In this document: positions 38,301 to 51,373 of the stretch, piece after piece
Layout of the letters: each line of letters opens with the position of its first letter
How positions within the stretch are numbered: the stretch's first letter is position 1
From: Blepharisma stoltei ATCC 30299
Lineage: Eukaryota; Protista; Ciliophora
Direction of reading: 5' to 3'
Assembly: GCA_965603825.1 (NCBI GenBank)
Contig: CBFDEM010000017.1
Span: 372,001 to 436,000 of the forward strand
Length of the DNA: 64,000 nt
Notes under the pieces: generated by a model
Told to the model about the DNA's origin: nothing
What the model saw: the letters and a program-made list of their open reading frames with translations, nothing else
Databases searched by the model: none
Made by a program: the position numbers and the translations under genes

Positions 38301-39565
38301 ATTTTTGACAATTTTACCTTTGCTAATCTTTCATCTTTTAGTATTAAAAGGCAATAATGAAATTCCTATATTACAAAAAGCTTGTCTTTTTGAAAACGAT
38401 TGGCCTTTCAGTAAATCTTAAATAAATCCAATACTTGATATTTATCCTCGTTCTCTTCATCAATTAGTAAATTTCTGAATTTTTTTTCAAATTCGAATTG
38501 ATTATTTGGGATGTCTATGTTATCTCCAAGGTTCTTATAATTTCTCCTAACCAGCTTAATTGTCAATAAAAATATTACTGGTTGCAGAAAAATTGTAAAA
38601 ACAATAATAATTGTAGCACTATTTAAGATCTCTCCAAGAATAAAGAACAATAATGTTGTACAAATCATGCTCAGTTTACAAATTATGATTATGTTTTCAA
38701 TAGCATTAAAATATTGTAAAGTTGTTAGCGATTTGTAGACTACAAAAAGAGAGTATAAAAATAAAACTGATTGATGAAGAAATATGGTTTCCTCTACAAA
38801 AACAGTAAATGAAACACAAGTGACGATATAAAACATTCTAATTTGTAGATCTAAAAGAGAGCTTGACCTTGATTTTATATTTTTTTCTGGGTGTGAATGC
38901 TGGATATCACATGTAAAATATTCTGAATATATATTAATTGATAGCAAAATTATTAAACCCAAAGCAGCAGCCAAAAATCCTTGAAAACCGTAATCAAGCA
39001 TCGATGAAGATAAGCTACCATATTCATCGATTGTTTGAGCATTAATTATGGAGTATTTGGCTACCAATAATAAAATCAAAGTGCTTGGGATTAAACAAAA
39101 TTTGGTGAGCAATGTGGCAATTTTACGAGGTAAAATTGCTATATAAGCTGGAGGATCTTTTTCAATGTATATAAAAAATCCAAAAATTGTGAATGATACA
39201 GCACACATTCCAATTAGAGAAATTGTCCCATGAAAACAGAAATTCATGATCCCGAAATTTGCACAAATTCTGTCATAGCTTGCTCATCCCATTAATTGCC
39301 AGAGGAGCTTATATAAATTTCAATCATTCACTTTCATGTTTGGATATCATGCAAGTGATATAACTTGGAGAGTAAAAATGACGTTGACGAAAATTTCATA
39401 AGTAAGCTGAACATTAGGCTTTGTTTTTCTGTTATAATTCACTTTAAAAAGCTGACCAAAAAATCCATAAAAGTAGTTCTTGAACCTGCTTGAAAATAAT
39501 GATTGAGAAAGAAAGCTGTGAAGACCCTTTGCCTCACTTTCGGCAGATTGAACATTTTTTGACAT
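35380..39565 (-). pseudogene. Full-length array copy J with two lesions (probable young pseudogene)
   Basis: In-frame TAG at 38366-38368 where paralogs have Trp (FVIWEF). One extra T in the T-run at 38006-38011 shifts the frame (spliced length 4156 = 3n+1). Introns at 36910-36924 and 36505-36519 are intact. Confidence 0.7.
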
Positions 39566-39944
39566 TGTATTACCAAATATAGTAAAAAAATATTATAGCA
39601 GTTGGCTAATTTTATACAAGCCAGGTACTGAAAGTCATTTATAATCGTAATAATAAAAATAAGAATAATTTTAATCTTTGAATAATGCCAATATTATGAT
39701 AAAAATTGCAGAGAATTCAATTATAAAGCAATATTAATATAATCCTAATTTATCCTTGGCATACAAATTCCAGAAATTCTCCATCACTCCCTGCATGAAT
39801 TCATTCCTTTAGAGTTACTTTAAATAAATTTTATTAATTAATTGTTAAAATGAAAATTGTTTAATTTAATTAAAATCAAACCTATCTCAAAGCTTAATGT
39901 GCATGAGTTGATTTATATTTAAAGAGTCTAATCATTAAAATTTC

Positions 39945-40697
39945 TTAATTACTTTTTCTAAACCTTTGAACTGCTTCTTCTATTCTTGAAGCCAGATTAG
40001 AGTCTGCGGAAACTAATTTCCTTAGATTATTCACATTTTCTCGCTGCTCTCTAAGAATATTCAGAATGCTGCCTACTTCTTCTTGAGGTACGTTCACTTT
40101 TCCTATCATACTAACATTTTGTGTGTTAATTCTCTCAAGCTTCGATTTCATTTCCATCTTTTTATTCAAATGATCTATTTTTGCCCTTATTTTCAACTCT
40201 TCCCCTAAATCCTTTTTGATTGAATTTCTTGACTCAAGAAATTGCTCAAGTTTCCACCTAATAGTGCAGAGTCTTTCTGAAAGTTTGCTTTGGCCTTCAT
40301 TTATTTGTCTGATTCGATCTGTGCTCTTCAGATTTAGCTCATTTTCTATGGTTTTTAAATGATTATCCATATTGTCAAGCCCATAGCTAAGCAAATTTGA
40401 AGTATCGTTATCAGCTGAAACTCTGTCAGCAAGCTGTTTGCAAGAATTTATTTGCCAAGGATACAGCTTATCTGGATCTGGGTTTTTTACCATCGCTTCT
40501 TCGGATAAAGCAGTATCGATGTAATAAAATTCATTTGCGTCTATTCTGGGTTGGTATTTACTTGACTGAAGCTGTTGAACAGATGTTGATTTTGGGGCAA
40601 CATTGTAAATCATTGCTTTAAATTTGTTGCTGGGGTGGTAGGCTTTAACGCTTCCGGAGATTGATTCCAGTTCTTGAGCGGCTTGAGATTCTTGCAT
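39945..40697 (-). CDS. NUP54: Nucleoporin Nup54/Nup57-like alpha-helical domain protein
   Basis: EEAMVKNPDPDKLYPWQINSCKQLADRV resembles the Nup54 NPdP..P...L..R motif and is followed by coiled coils. No FG repeats. Confidence 0.6.
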   Translation of the reverse strand: MQESQAAQELESISGSVKAYHPSNKFKAMIYNVAPKSTSVQQLQSSKYQPRIDANEFYYIDTALSEEAMVKNPDPDKLYPWQINSCKQLADRVSADNDTSNLLSYGLDNMDNHLKTIENELNLKSTDRIRQINEGQSKLSERLCTIRWKLEQFLESRNSIKKDLGEELKIRAKIDHLNKKMEMKSKLERINTQNVSMIGKVNVPQEEVGSILNILREQRENVNNLRKLVSADSNLASRIEEAVQRFRKSN

Positions 40698-41145
40698 TTT
40701 TATGTTTATTAAAGTCCCATAATTTAATATTTAGTGTAATTTTAAAATCTGCTATACAGCGCTTTCACACTAGCGCATCCACACTATTGGTTTCATTTCA
40801 ATTTCTCGAGAAGATGATGGATAATTTCTAAAATTTCAATAACGAATCAATCAACCCTAAAGTGAAAAAATTCATCTGACTGACTGTAAGATTGCCTTTG
40901 TGAGACTAATCAAATCATCTCTAATCTACCATGGGAGAAACAGAACTAAGGAAATCCAATATTTTTACTTTTTCACAAATATATTTAAGCAATTAAAAAA
41001 ACTCGTTTAACTGCTATTCCTAAATATTATTTTTAAGTAATAATTAATACTCTCTTAATTAAGACAAGCTTTCTTTAATCAAAAATAATTTTTTCAAGAC
41101 ATTTATTAAAGCTAAACCTTAATTTATCAGAATAAGAATTAAACA

Positions 41146-41451
41146 TTAAATTGACCGAGCCAAAAGAGAAGTAAAAGTCCAGAATCCATCGTTGACAGTT
41201 TCAAAAAGCGAGTCATAAGGAGTACTTGTGAAATTATATAGCTGCTCTTGCTGCTGCTTTAAAAGTTCGATGACATGAGATTGCCTTGAATCAATTCTAA
41301 CTAATAGGTATAAGATAAATAGAATAAGGATACTTTGTACTAAGATTGCCCATTTCATTCAGCTTTCAGAGATATTATTATCAGAGCCTACAATTGGAGG
41401 GATTTCCAAGTCTTCTGTTGAACATATAGATAATTCTTCTTTGATTTCCAT
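41146..41451 (-). CDS. Small single-pass membrane protein (101 aa)
   Basis: ATG at 41451 is in frame with ORF 41146-41358 via TGA=Trp. Hydrophobic segment WAILVQSILILFILYLLV. Confidence 0.6.
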
Positions 41452-41787
41452 ATTTTATAAGACCCCTTGATGAATAATAAATATTAAATTCATGTCTGAC
41501 CTCGGAATAATATCTAACAAATTTAATCGGCGAACTATCTCAATTTATATATTTTAATTTTTTACTATTAATTTTATCAATAAAAGCCATATAAACCAAA
41601 TTTTTCAAATTTCATATTTCGAAAATAAGCAAAAAACCTTATTACTCAAAAATTAACTTTGCATTAAAATATAACTCACTTCCTGCAATGCTACCTTTCT
41701 TGATCCCTCCAAATCAGTCTTCACCTTGCTTTTTTACTGAAGATTTTAAATGATGATTTTTCAACTTATAAATGGTTATAAAATTTT

Positions 41788-42465
41788 ATGAACCGCAAAC
41801 GAACTCCTAAGAAGCACTCCTCTTTCCTCGTTAAAAAGAAGCAAGAAAGAGAGCTGCTGAATAAGAGTTTAAACGCCTCTACTGAAATGAGTTCTGATCA
41901 ACTGTCAAGCATACTTAATAGCTCAGTCGACATGTCAACTCAAGACACGGCACTTAACCAAACCATGCCAGATATAAGGAGCGAGGACATTTTCTCAAGC
42001 AATATCTTGGACATTCCTGTAGAAAATGTAATCCCAGAAGAAAATGAACAAAAGAAAGAGGACGAAAGTTTCGATAAAACCAATCCCAACCCTCAGAAGA
42101 ATGAAGTAAAAAATGAGAAAGAGGTGAATAATCAAAGAGAAAATAATAGCTCAAAGGCAGAAGAAATTGTCGTTATAGAAGTAGATGATGACGGTTTTGG
42201 ACAACAAAGTGGTCCAAAAGGAAAAAGTATTAAAAAAGCATCGAAAACTAAGGTGAGGTCCAAGCCAAGACAAAGCCATGAGGAGGAAGAGAATAAAGCA
42301 AAAACTGGACAAAACCAATTAGATGTCTCAATTGAACAGCCAAAGTCAAGGTAATTTTTAGTTAGCTATACCAAAGTGATTATTGTGGGATCAATTTTTG
42401 CAATTGCTGCAGCAGCAGGAGTTTATTTCTATATGAAATCATCAAAGAAACCCTCAATTAAATAA
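41788..42465 (+). CDS. Low-complexity tail-anchored membrane protein
   Basis: Splicing the 15-nt intron 42351-42365 (GTAATTTTTAGTTAG) extends the ORF into a C-terminal TM helix VIIVGSIFAIAAAAGVYFYM plus a basic tail. TAA at 42463-42465. Confidence 0.75.
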
Positions 42466-42835
42466 ATAGATTTTCAATACTTTAGTAACTTATATAAAAA
42501 GAATATATTAGTCATTGAGAAAGTTAGATTTATTGATGATTAGGTTTTTTCTAGATAGAAAATTTTTAGGAGTTCCTTAAACGATAAGATTTTAGATTTC
42601 GTAGGCCAAAGGGATTTGGTAATGAAAGCAGACCACAAAACTTACAATATTAAATTTTAAAAAAATCAATTTATAGGCTAAGAATTATATATATTTTCAG
42701 TTTAAATTAAGTATATTATTGCGTATTTATATAATGCATTTACTCATAAAAAGCTTGATATCGTGAAACATAATAATTATCTATTGTTTGTAAAATTGTA
42801 CTTAATTATTTTGGCAGTAATACAACAGCATTTTT

Positions 42836-43819
42836 ATGATGGCAGAAAAAGTTGTGGAAACCAATCCTTTAAAGACTTCCCCTAAACGAAATCTAGCTAA
42901 GCGAGCCAATACCTCAAAAGAAATAGTTAAACAACCTCCATCTCCCAGCACCAATCGTGTATTTATGAGTCGCAATAACTCCAAAGATAACCATCTCAAC
43001 AGCTCACTCAATTATATTTCCGATTTAGAAAAGAGAGTTAAAGAAGATAAACTGCTTAAAGAAGTTTATGGGATAGAGCAAAGGGCTTACTCAAAAATTC
43101 CTGCAGGAAATCCATTGCCAAGCTCAAGCTACGGAGCTTTCAAAAGAAGACTTAATCGCCCTAGAAGCCAGGTCATTAGAGATACCAATTGAAGTCCTTA
43201 TAAATCAGACAGCAGAAAGGACATTTCGAATAGCTCCCAAGCCCAAAGCATTGATAAACTTCCTCAACTGCCTCAAATACATCAAACTGAAGAAAAACCT
43301 TTTAGGAAAATATTGGATGAAATAGGAAAAGATGGACAATTTCAGCCGCATGACGAATATCTAAATAAAAACCAAGAATTAGATGGCTTAAATCTGTCAA
43401 ATAATTCTTTTGGAAGCAGCTTGAGTCCACCTATTTACGCAAAAACTACTATAAGAGATACAGTTTTCGACCCAATTACAGGGGAAATAAGAAAATACTC
43501 AGTAGACAGATCCCCTTCAAGATCTCTGGGGAATAAAAACCCAGAACTAACTCCAGACATTTCATATGGAGATAAGCCAAATTCTGAGAAGTTTCCATCT
43601 CACAATAGATCGTTTTCTTATGGAGATGAAAAACTGCTGCAGCCTCAAAATAACGATTATTTAAGTTCATGAGCGAGCCGCGCAGGGAGTTCTGAAAAAT
43701 CTTTATACCGTTTTCAGACGAACTCAAAAATTCCGTTTTCTCATGACCTCTTAAAAATGCTAAACCCGAAGAAAATAGTCAAAGGTATGGGATACCAAAG
43801 ATCGAAAATTTTTTATTAA
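42836..43819 (+). CDS. Hypothetical Ser/Pro/Lys-rich protein
   Basis: ORFs 42836-43192 and 43313-43672 are in one frame and join via TGA=Trp, ending at TAA 43817-43819. Confidence 0.7.
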
Positions 43820-43839
43820 TTATGTTAACTTATTGATAA

Positions 43840-46077
43840 ATGGCTTGAAGGCTCTCAAGAGGCAAATTGATTGCCTTGTTTCTTTTGCTGATACTGATTA
43901 CTTCGTCCTTGTCAGGTTTTATTTTTTACTATTCAGTTGACTATTCAAGTATTTCTTTTAGGATTGAATCGGGGAATTTAAATAATAATGCTACATTGAA
44001 AAGAGATATAGCGGAAAAAGAGATAGGGATAGGACTTCTGAAAACGTTAGAAGCCTGAAGATATAAAAATTTCAATGATATCAGCTCATGACCTTTAACA
44101 CAATACCCAAGGCTTCCATATGAGCAAAATATATCATGTCTCCCAAAGAAATTTGGCTATACAAGAGAGCAGGCAAATCAACTATTTGATCCAATAAGAA
44201 TCTTTAAAACCTGCAGCTTTATGCAAAAGCCGATCATAAAACTCGAAAAAGGTCAATTAAGCATAAAATGCAAGTCTCCTGAATCTCCTGAGTATATTCT
44301 TGGAGAATCTCCCTCAAAAGAGCTATTTGGAGAAGTTGAAGCAAATATAAAATGAAAACGATATTGGATCCCAATAGACACAGAAGACTCTGAGTACGTC
44401 TTTGCCAAATGCTCCAGATGAAAAACTCATGCAGTCCTCACAAATAGATTTAATTTAACATCCTCTCAGAGAGCATTAAATATAACTGCAAAACTTCAAA
44501 AAAATCTAAAAATGAAAGAAAAGCCTCGGCCCTTATCTGTGCTTTTAGTCCTTTTTGACTCTCTTTCAAGGCAGCATTTCTACAGAAATTTTCCATTTAC
44601 AATTAATTATTTGAATGAATCAGTCCATGAAGGGGTCTACTCAAAAAGATTTGCTATGTACGATTTTATAATAAACAATGCGCATGGAGAAAATACTACT
44701 CCAAACATGGTGCCTTTACTATATGGGCACAATATCTTAAAAATCAGCCAAAAACTTGAAGGTTTTTCTATCAAGAATCAAAATGACTGATGAAAATTCA
44801 GAGAAATCCAAGAAGAAGCATTGTGAAAATACTATGAAAAACTAGGATATGTCACCATGTTTGGCTACGACACAATTTGAGATTTTCTATCTTATTATGC
44901 AGGTCGACAAATCCTCACAGACCATGTGGCTACCAATTTTTGACACGCAGCAAAAAAAGTTTACGGATACACAGATTTTTTAGAAAAGCAAAAATGCTTT
45001 GGGATGCATAATTCTCACTGATACTTGCTTAACTACGCAAATGAGTTTTTAGAGAATTATATTCACCATAATAGATTTGGTTACATCCACATATCAACTG
45101 CTCACGAGTCATCAGGCACTGTAATAAGGACTGCTGATATAGACTTAAAAGAGTTTCTCGAAAGAGCTTTGTATTTTTATGACAAAATCCTGGATGAAGA
45201 TGTAGTTATTCATTTAATGGCTGACCATGGCAAGCATTCTAGGGAATGGGACTTAAGATATGAAGGATACTTGGAAAACCAGCTCCCATTACATATAATT
45301 TTGGCGAATAAAGAACTGATTCAAAGGCTAAATGCTGACGAGGTACTTAAACATAACACACAGAGGCTGGTCAGTAGGCTTGATTGAAGCCTAACTTTTA
45401 GGCATTTGGCATTAGTCCCATATGGAAAATTGGGAATTGATTCATCATTATATCAGGATATGAAAAAAAATAGTGACACACCTTATGCTGTTTCTTTAAT
45501 ATTAGAAAAAATAGACGATTCTCGACAATGTGACCAAGTAGACATCCCTCCACACTATTGCACTTGTATTGAGTATATTGAAGTTGATTTAAACAGCACT
45601 TCTAATCAAAATGTGACTAATTTGCTAGCAAATTTGGGTATTAAGTCGCTAAACCAAAGAACAAAAATAAACGAATTGGGAGAATTCTGCAATGTTAGTG
45701 TATTAAACAAAATTATATCAGCTAATGTGCAGATATTGAAAGATTTTAATGGAGGGGGCAATAGAATTTATAAAGTACTGATATCAGCTAATGAAGACCC
45801 TGAAGCAATTTTTGAGCTGTATGGATTGGCAGCAGTAAGTGTAGTTATCCCGAAGTATCTAAAGACAGATCCTGATGGTATTTATCCAAATGAGACTTAT
45901 TACACCCGAACTGAAGTGGCTGATTATGAGATGGTCTTACAGCTTCAAGAAATAGTCAGGGTTGATACACCCAATGAGGGCTGCACCAATTTTTTGAAAT
46001 CAATCAATAAGACTGATTCCCTATGCATTTGTAAAAAAGAATACAGTTATATAGATATTTCTGGAGATAGCGATTAG
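43840..46077 (+). CDS. DUF229 family (alkaline phosphatase/sulfatase-fold) type II membrane protein, ~745 aa
   Basis: ATG at 43840 (MAWRLSRGKLIALFLLL..). SVLLVLFDSLSRQHFYRNFPFT, MADHG, LENQLP and IPPHYCTC motifs are typical of DUF229. Multiple TGA=Trp joins are all in frame. Confidence 0.8.
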
Positions 46078-46105
46078 AATTACTAAGAGAATTAATAAGA
46101 ATTTT

Positions 46106-46834
46106 TTAAAGCAATTTTTGAATGACCGCGCTTCCTGCAACTCCTGATTCTTGGATCGTCAGACTCGGGTTTTGAAGAGGCCTTGGAGGAAATCCTGACA
46201 CTAGCTCGAAAGACCCATCCACAGGCGCTGCCATCATGACATAGTCAAAAATCACATTCAGCCTCGCATTTAAGTTCAGTGTCAGTGTTTTCCTTTGGCC
46301 ATTGTGAAATCGAATCTGGACAGTCGTAGTCGGCTGGTTAGGGTCAAACGACGGCACTGAAAACTCTGCGTTGACTGCATCTAAAGCTTGAGATCTTGTA
46401 TTTGAAACTGAACTGCCTTGGCCAGAAAAGGCAATATAAGGAGGTGGGGGTGGAGGCACATATTGCTCTTGGCGCTTATCTGAAAGTTCGACGCTCACAG
46501 GTTTCCCTCTGGTTTTTGACATTAATTCGCTTGGAACTCTTCCTTCATTCATTTGAGCCATGAAGCGTTGATTTTCAGGTGCATTGTAATCCCTAAATGG
46601 TCCGTCGTCAACAGAGAACCCGTTTGCCCAGAGGGTTACTCTGATTTTCATTTCATTAGGGTCAGCTGGAGCGCTTTGGTCTTGGCCGCCTTGTCGGGCC
46701 TTTTCTACAATGTTTGCGACATCTGGTGAAGATACTGCGAGTCCGCTTGCTTGTCCTCCAGTGTAGAAATCACTATTTTTCTTGCTTTTTGACTCTTCTT
46801 TGCCTTTATTAATATCCCCGAAGCCACGAATCAT
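46106..46834 (-). CDS. p47/Shp1 (NSFL1C/UBXN2)-like SEP-UBX cofactor of p97/Cdc48
   Basis: FYTGGQASGLAV; SEP domain LWANGFSVDDGPFRDY; SHP box FSGQG; UBX domain TTVQIRFHNG..GFPPRPL. Confidence 0.9.
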   Translation of the reverse strand: MIRGFGDINKGKEESKSKKNSDFYTGGQASGLAVSSPDVANIVEKARQGGQDQSAPADPNEMKIRVTLWANGFSVDDGPFRDYNAPENQRFMAQMNEGRVPSELMSKTRGKPVSVELSDKRQEQYVPPPPPPYIAFSGQGSSVSNTRSQALDAVNAEFSVPSFDPNQPTTTVQIRFHNGQRKTLTLNLNARLNVIFDYVMMAAPVDGSFELVSGFPPRPLQNPSLTIQESGVAGSAVIQKLL

Positions 46835-47275
46835 CTTTATATATTTTTGCTTAAATGGAAATAAAGCTCAAAATTTGCTTATATGATGACTAAATTATTT
46901 AGTTATTTTAGGTCGATATTTATGATAGTCAAAATTAAATGCATTTTGCTGGACTGGATATTCAGTATGCGATTTCTGGATAAAAATGCACGAGTTTATC
47001 AATGATATCCCACAATCAATCCAGCTTGAGTTTAGGCCGACTTATCTATCTAACAAATTCTGTAGTTTTTCTTATCATTTTCTCTTTATAGACTCTAAAA
47101 TAAATTCAAATCTCTGACAGCGCTTCTCTGGCTGTCTTTCTAATATTTTTGCCTCAGAACTTAATTTCTTTTATAAGCTCACAACGATTTCTTTAATAAG
47201 ATATTGGCAATTTTTTTGAAATTTGTTAAATTATCCGATCTAATTTACTTGAGCCTAATTGGTTCTAAAAATGTG

Positions 47276-47569
47276 TTATACATTAATCACCTCTTGAGCG
47301 AAATTCTCAGAGATTGATTCCAGGCCTGATCCTTCAATAATTGTTGATCTTCGAATGGAGCAGGAAGTAGACCGCCATTCATCACTACTGATATGAAGAG
47401 ATGCATTAGATCTCTTCCTTGTGGCTCTTCTTTTGTTTGTGCGTGGAAACTCGTCCACAAATTCAATATCCCCTTCTGGCGGCAGATGATGTGAATTACA
47501 GCAGATGAGGAACTTGAGAAATTCGAGTCTGAATATTTCTTACATTCTGTCACTTATGTTAACTCCCAT
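47276..47569 (-). CDS. Small (92 aa) putatively myristoylated/palmitoylated protein
   Basis: Splicing intron 47529-47543 (GTAAGAAATATTCAG) links ATG 47569 to ORF 47276-47458, giving MGVNISDRILEFLKFLICCNS... (MGxxxS plus a CC pair). Confidence 0.65.
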
Positions 47570-47768
47570 AATTTTATTATTCACTTTCAAGTTATTAAAT
47601 GGTTATTGCGATATTTCCTTTAAAGCAGTGAATTATTGATCGTATTACTTTATAGTTACCTATGCTTTACGATAGCTCAAAATAATTTTTTTATGCAAAA
47701 TTATATCATTTTCTAGAACCGAGTTTTGGCTTAAAATTATATTTTATAATAGCTCATAATTATAACTG

Positions 47769-49235
47769 ATGTCCCTCGATGCTTTTGAGCTACTTAATAA
47801 ACTTGGAGATGGAGCGTTTTCAAGTGTCTTCAAGGTGAGAAGGAAATCAGACGGTGAAATATATGCAATCAAAAAAGTAAAACTTGGGACTTTGAAACCT
47901 AGAGAAAAAGAAAATGCGCTGAACGAAGTCCGCATCATGGCTTCTTATAACCATCCCAATATAACTGCTTTTAAAGAAGCCTTCATCGATCAAGCTTCCA
48001 ATACACTTTGTATCGTTATGGAATTATGCGAGGGAGGGGACATCCTCAAGAAAATAAACACCCATAAGCAGAATGGTACTCACTTCAGGGAATCTGAAAT
48101 CTGGGACGTCCTAGTCCAAGTCATCAGAGGCTTAAAAGCCCTTCATGATGCCAACATATTGCATAGAGATTTGAAATGTGCCAATATTTTCCTTACCAAT
48201 ACTGGGGTAGTTAAATTAGGTGATCTTAATATTTCAAAAGTACTGAAAAGGGGCATGGCCCAAACTCAAACAGGGACTCCTTATTATGCAAGCCCAGAAA
48301 TCTGAAAAGACCAGCCTTATAACTCCAGCTCTGATATTTGGTCGGTAGGCTGTGTTATTTATGAAATGGCTGCTTTGAATCCTCCATTCATGGCTAACGA
48401 TATGCAAGGACTTTATAACAAAGTCATCAAAGGACTATACCCGAACATACCTTCAACTTATTCACAAGACCTGGCTAATATAATCAGGTCAATGCTTCAG
48501 GTAAACCCATCTGTCAGACCATCCTGTGCAACGATTTTAGAAATGCCTCCTGTGCTGAGACATATAAATCCAGGCAGGATCTCTCAAGAGGAAGAAAAAA
48601 ATCAGCTGCTAAATACCATAAAATTTGACCCAAATGCACAAATTTTGAATAAGAAATTACCTGAGGCAAATTATGAGAAAAAAGAAAGGGTGGGGAGTGC
48701 TGGACCTTCAAAAAAGATGCTGGATCAGAGAGGAAGGGTTTCGAGTGCAAAAGGAGAGAGACCGGCTATTAATGAACTGCAGATGATGCAAGAAATGCTG
48801 ATAAACCCGCGGCCAAATATAAACAACAGAGATGCACTTGATAATCGGCAGATAAGGCCAATGCCAAGACAAGAACCTGACTATCGAGGCCCTAAAATTG
48901 CTCCAAGACCTGAAGTGAAAGAAATTTACGATCCAAGGTATCAGCGGCCTAATCAGCACCCGTTAGCCCCTCCAGAGCCACATCCAATGTATCGAATCCC
49001 TTCAAAACAGTCTCCAAGCCAATACAACCAAAGACGGCCCGTTGACCCATTTTTGCAGCCCCAGCCTGACCTCCAGCCCCAAAGAGTAGGTGCCTTTGTA
49101 CTCGACAGTCCGTCACACAGACAAGAACAAATTCCAGATTACAGAAACCAAATAAGACAGTACGATAAAGTGCCTTCTAACGACAGAAGATATAATCCAA
49201 TGCCAAGATATGACGCTGGAAGGCCTGGATATTAA
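47769..49235 (+). CDS. NIMA-related (NEK) serine/threonine protein kinase
   Basis: LGDGAFSSV, YAIKKV, HRDLKCANIF, LGDLNISK and GTPYYASPEI-W(TGA 48303)-KDQPY motifs, then a Pro/Gln/Arg-rich tail. Confidence 0.93.
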
Positions 49236-49324
49236 AGTGTAAGTAATTTATTCTGTTAATTCAAAAAATTCATAAATTAATTAATATTTAGCCTAATAAT
49301 GTCCATACAATAAAAATTCCCAAG

Positions 49325-50389
<1,065 letters not shown>

Positions 50390-50463
50390 TTTTTTTCCTA
50401 ATTAATGGCTATATGATAATGCTAAATATATTTGCTAAAATAATAATTATTAATATAAAGCAT

Positions 50464-51270
50464 CTAATCTTCTTTTATTGGAGTTCTACATACTGGGCAT
50501 GATCCTTTGATAAGAACCCAATATTTTAAACAGTGGCGATGAAATCCATGCTTACATCTAAGCACTATCCATGGTGAGCTTGAGTTGGTTTCTTCATAAC
50601 AAATAGAGCATATCTCTCCTTGAGGCATTGGGCCAATGTACTCATCTAATTCATGCTCTGATACATGAGTACCATCTACCGTTTGTAATCTTGAATTATT
50701 GCTTTCATCAAAGATTCTCCTATAAAAAAACAAATAGGGAATCCCAATAAGCACAATGATTACATACTTTAAAAATCCAGTCATTATAAGAATCAAAGAA
50801 AATATCCCTGACGCATAGCGGATAACAGATGGTTCTTTGTAAACTTCGGCTGCAAGTGCAGCTGTAATTAGGAGTCGGAAACTAAATATTTCATACCATT
50901 CATAACTTATTTGCCCAGTGCGTATAAAGAAGGACGAGATATTTACATGCATGCAGTAACGGTGTAGGGAAAGTAGTAAAAAAAATACCAGCTCGTATAC
51001 TTCAGTGGCAGCAAGAATAAGCAAGTATACATACAATAAGCCAGGGCATTTGGAGCCGTCAGCTGATAAGACCCCAATTATGCAGCCTATTTTTGCGATT
51101 GTGTAAGCGCTGTATAATATGTTAAAGAAACGGATTGATGACCGTGACTGAGGCTGGGGATGTTGTAGTTGAGTTGGAAAATATATTTCGCTCATTAAAG
51201 ATTTAATTATTTGCCAGAATCTAATAAAAAATCGTATTAAGACGAAAAGGTTGCTGACGCCATTAGACAT
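50464..51270 (-). CDS. Multi-pass membrane RING-H2 E3 ubiquitin ligase
   Basis: C-terminal CSIC..C.HGFH..C...W..CPVCR and several TM helices. Probable stopless 15-nt intron at 50882-50896 (GTATGAAATATTTAG). The start may instead be ATG 51195. Confidence 0.85.
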   Translation of the reverse strand: MSNGVSNLFVLIRFFIRFWQIIKSLMSEIYFPTQLQHPQPQSRSSIRFFNILYSAYTIAKIGCIIGVLSADGSKCPGLLYVYLLILAATEVYELVFFLLLSLHRYCMHVNISSFFIRTGQISYEWYEIFSFRLLITAALAAEVYKEPSVIRYASGIFSLILIMTGFLKYVIIVLIGIPYLFFYRRIFDESNNSRLQTVDGTHVSEHELDEYIGPMPQGEICSICYEETNSSSPWIVLRCKHGFHRHCLKYWVLIKGSCPVCRTPIKED

Positions 51271-51373
51271 TGCTTGGAGAAAATTCCAATCAGCCAATCA
51301 GATAATGGAATTTTATTTATAAATTTTATATAAGCTAAGAAGTTATAAAAAATACACTTATTCCCAAATTGAT

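Noticed and set aside
38366-38368. UAG read-through or a fully ambiguous stop code (Condylostoma-like)
   Set aside because: In-frame TAG/TAA occur only in introns, relics and this lesion-bearing copy. No intact gene needs UAR as a sense codon.
40810-40885. Possible C/D-box snoRNA (atgatgg...ctga)
   Set aside because: Box C is imperfect, and there is no terminal stem or recognisable rRNA guide.
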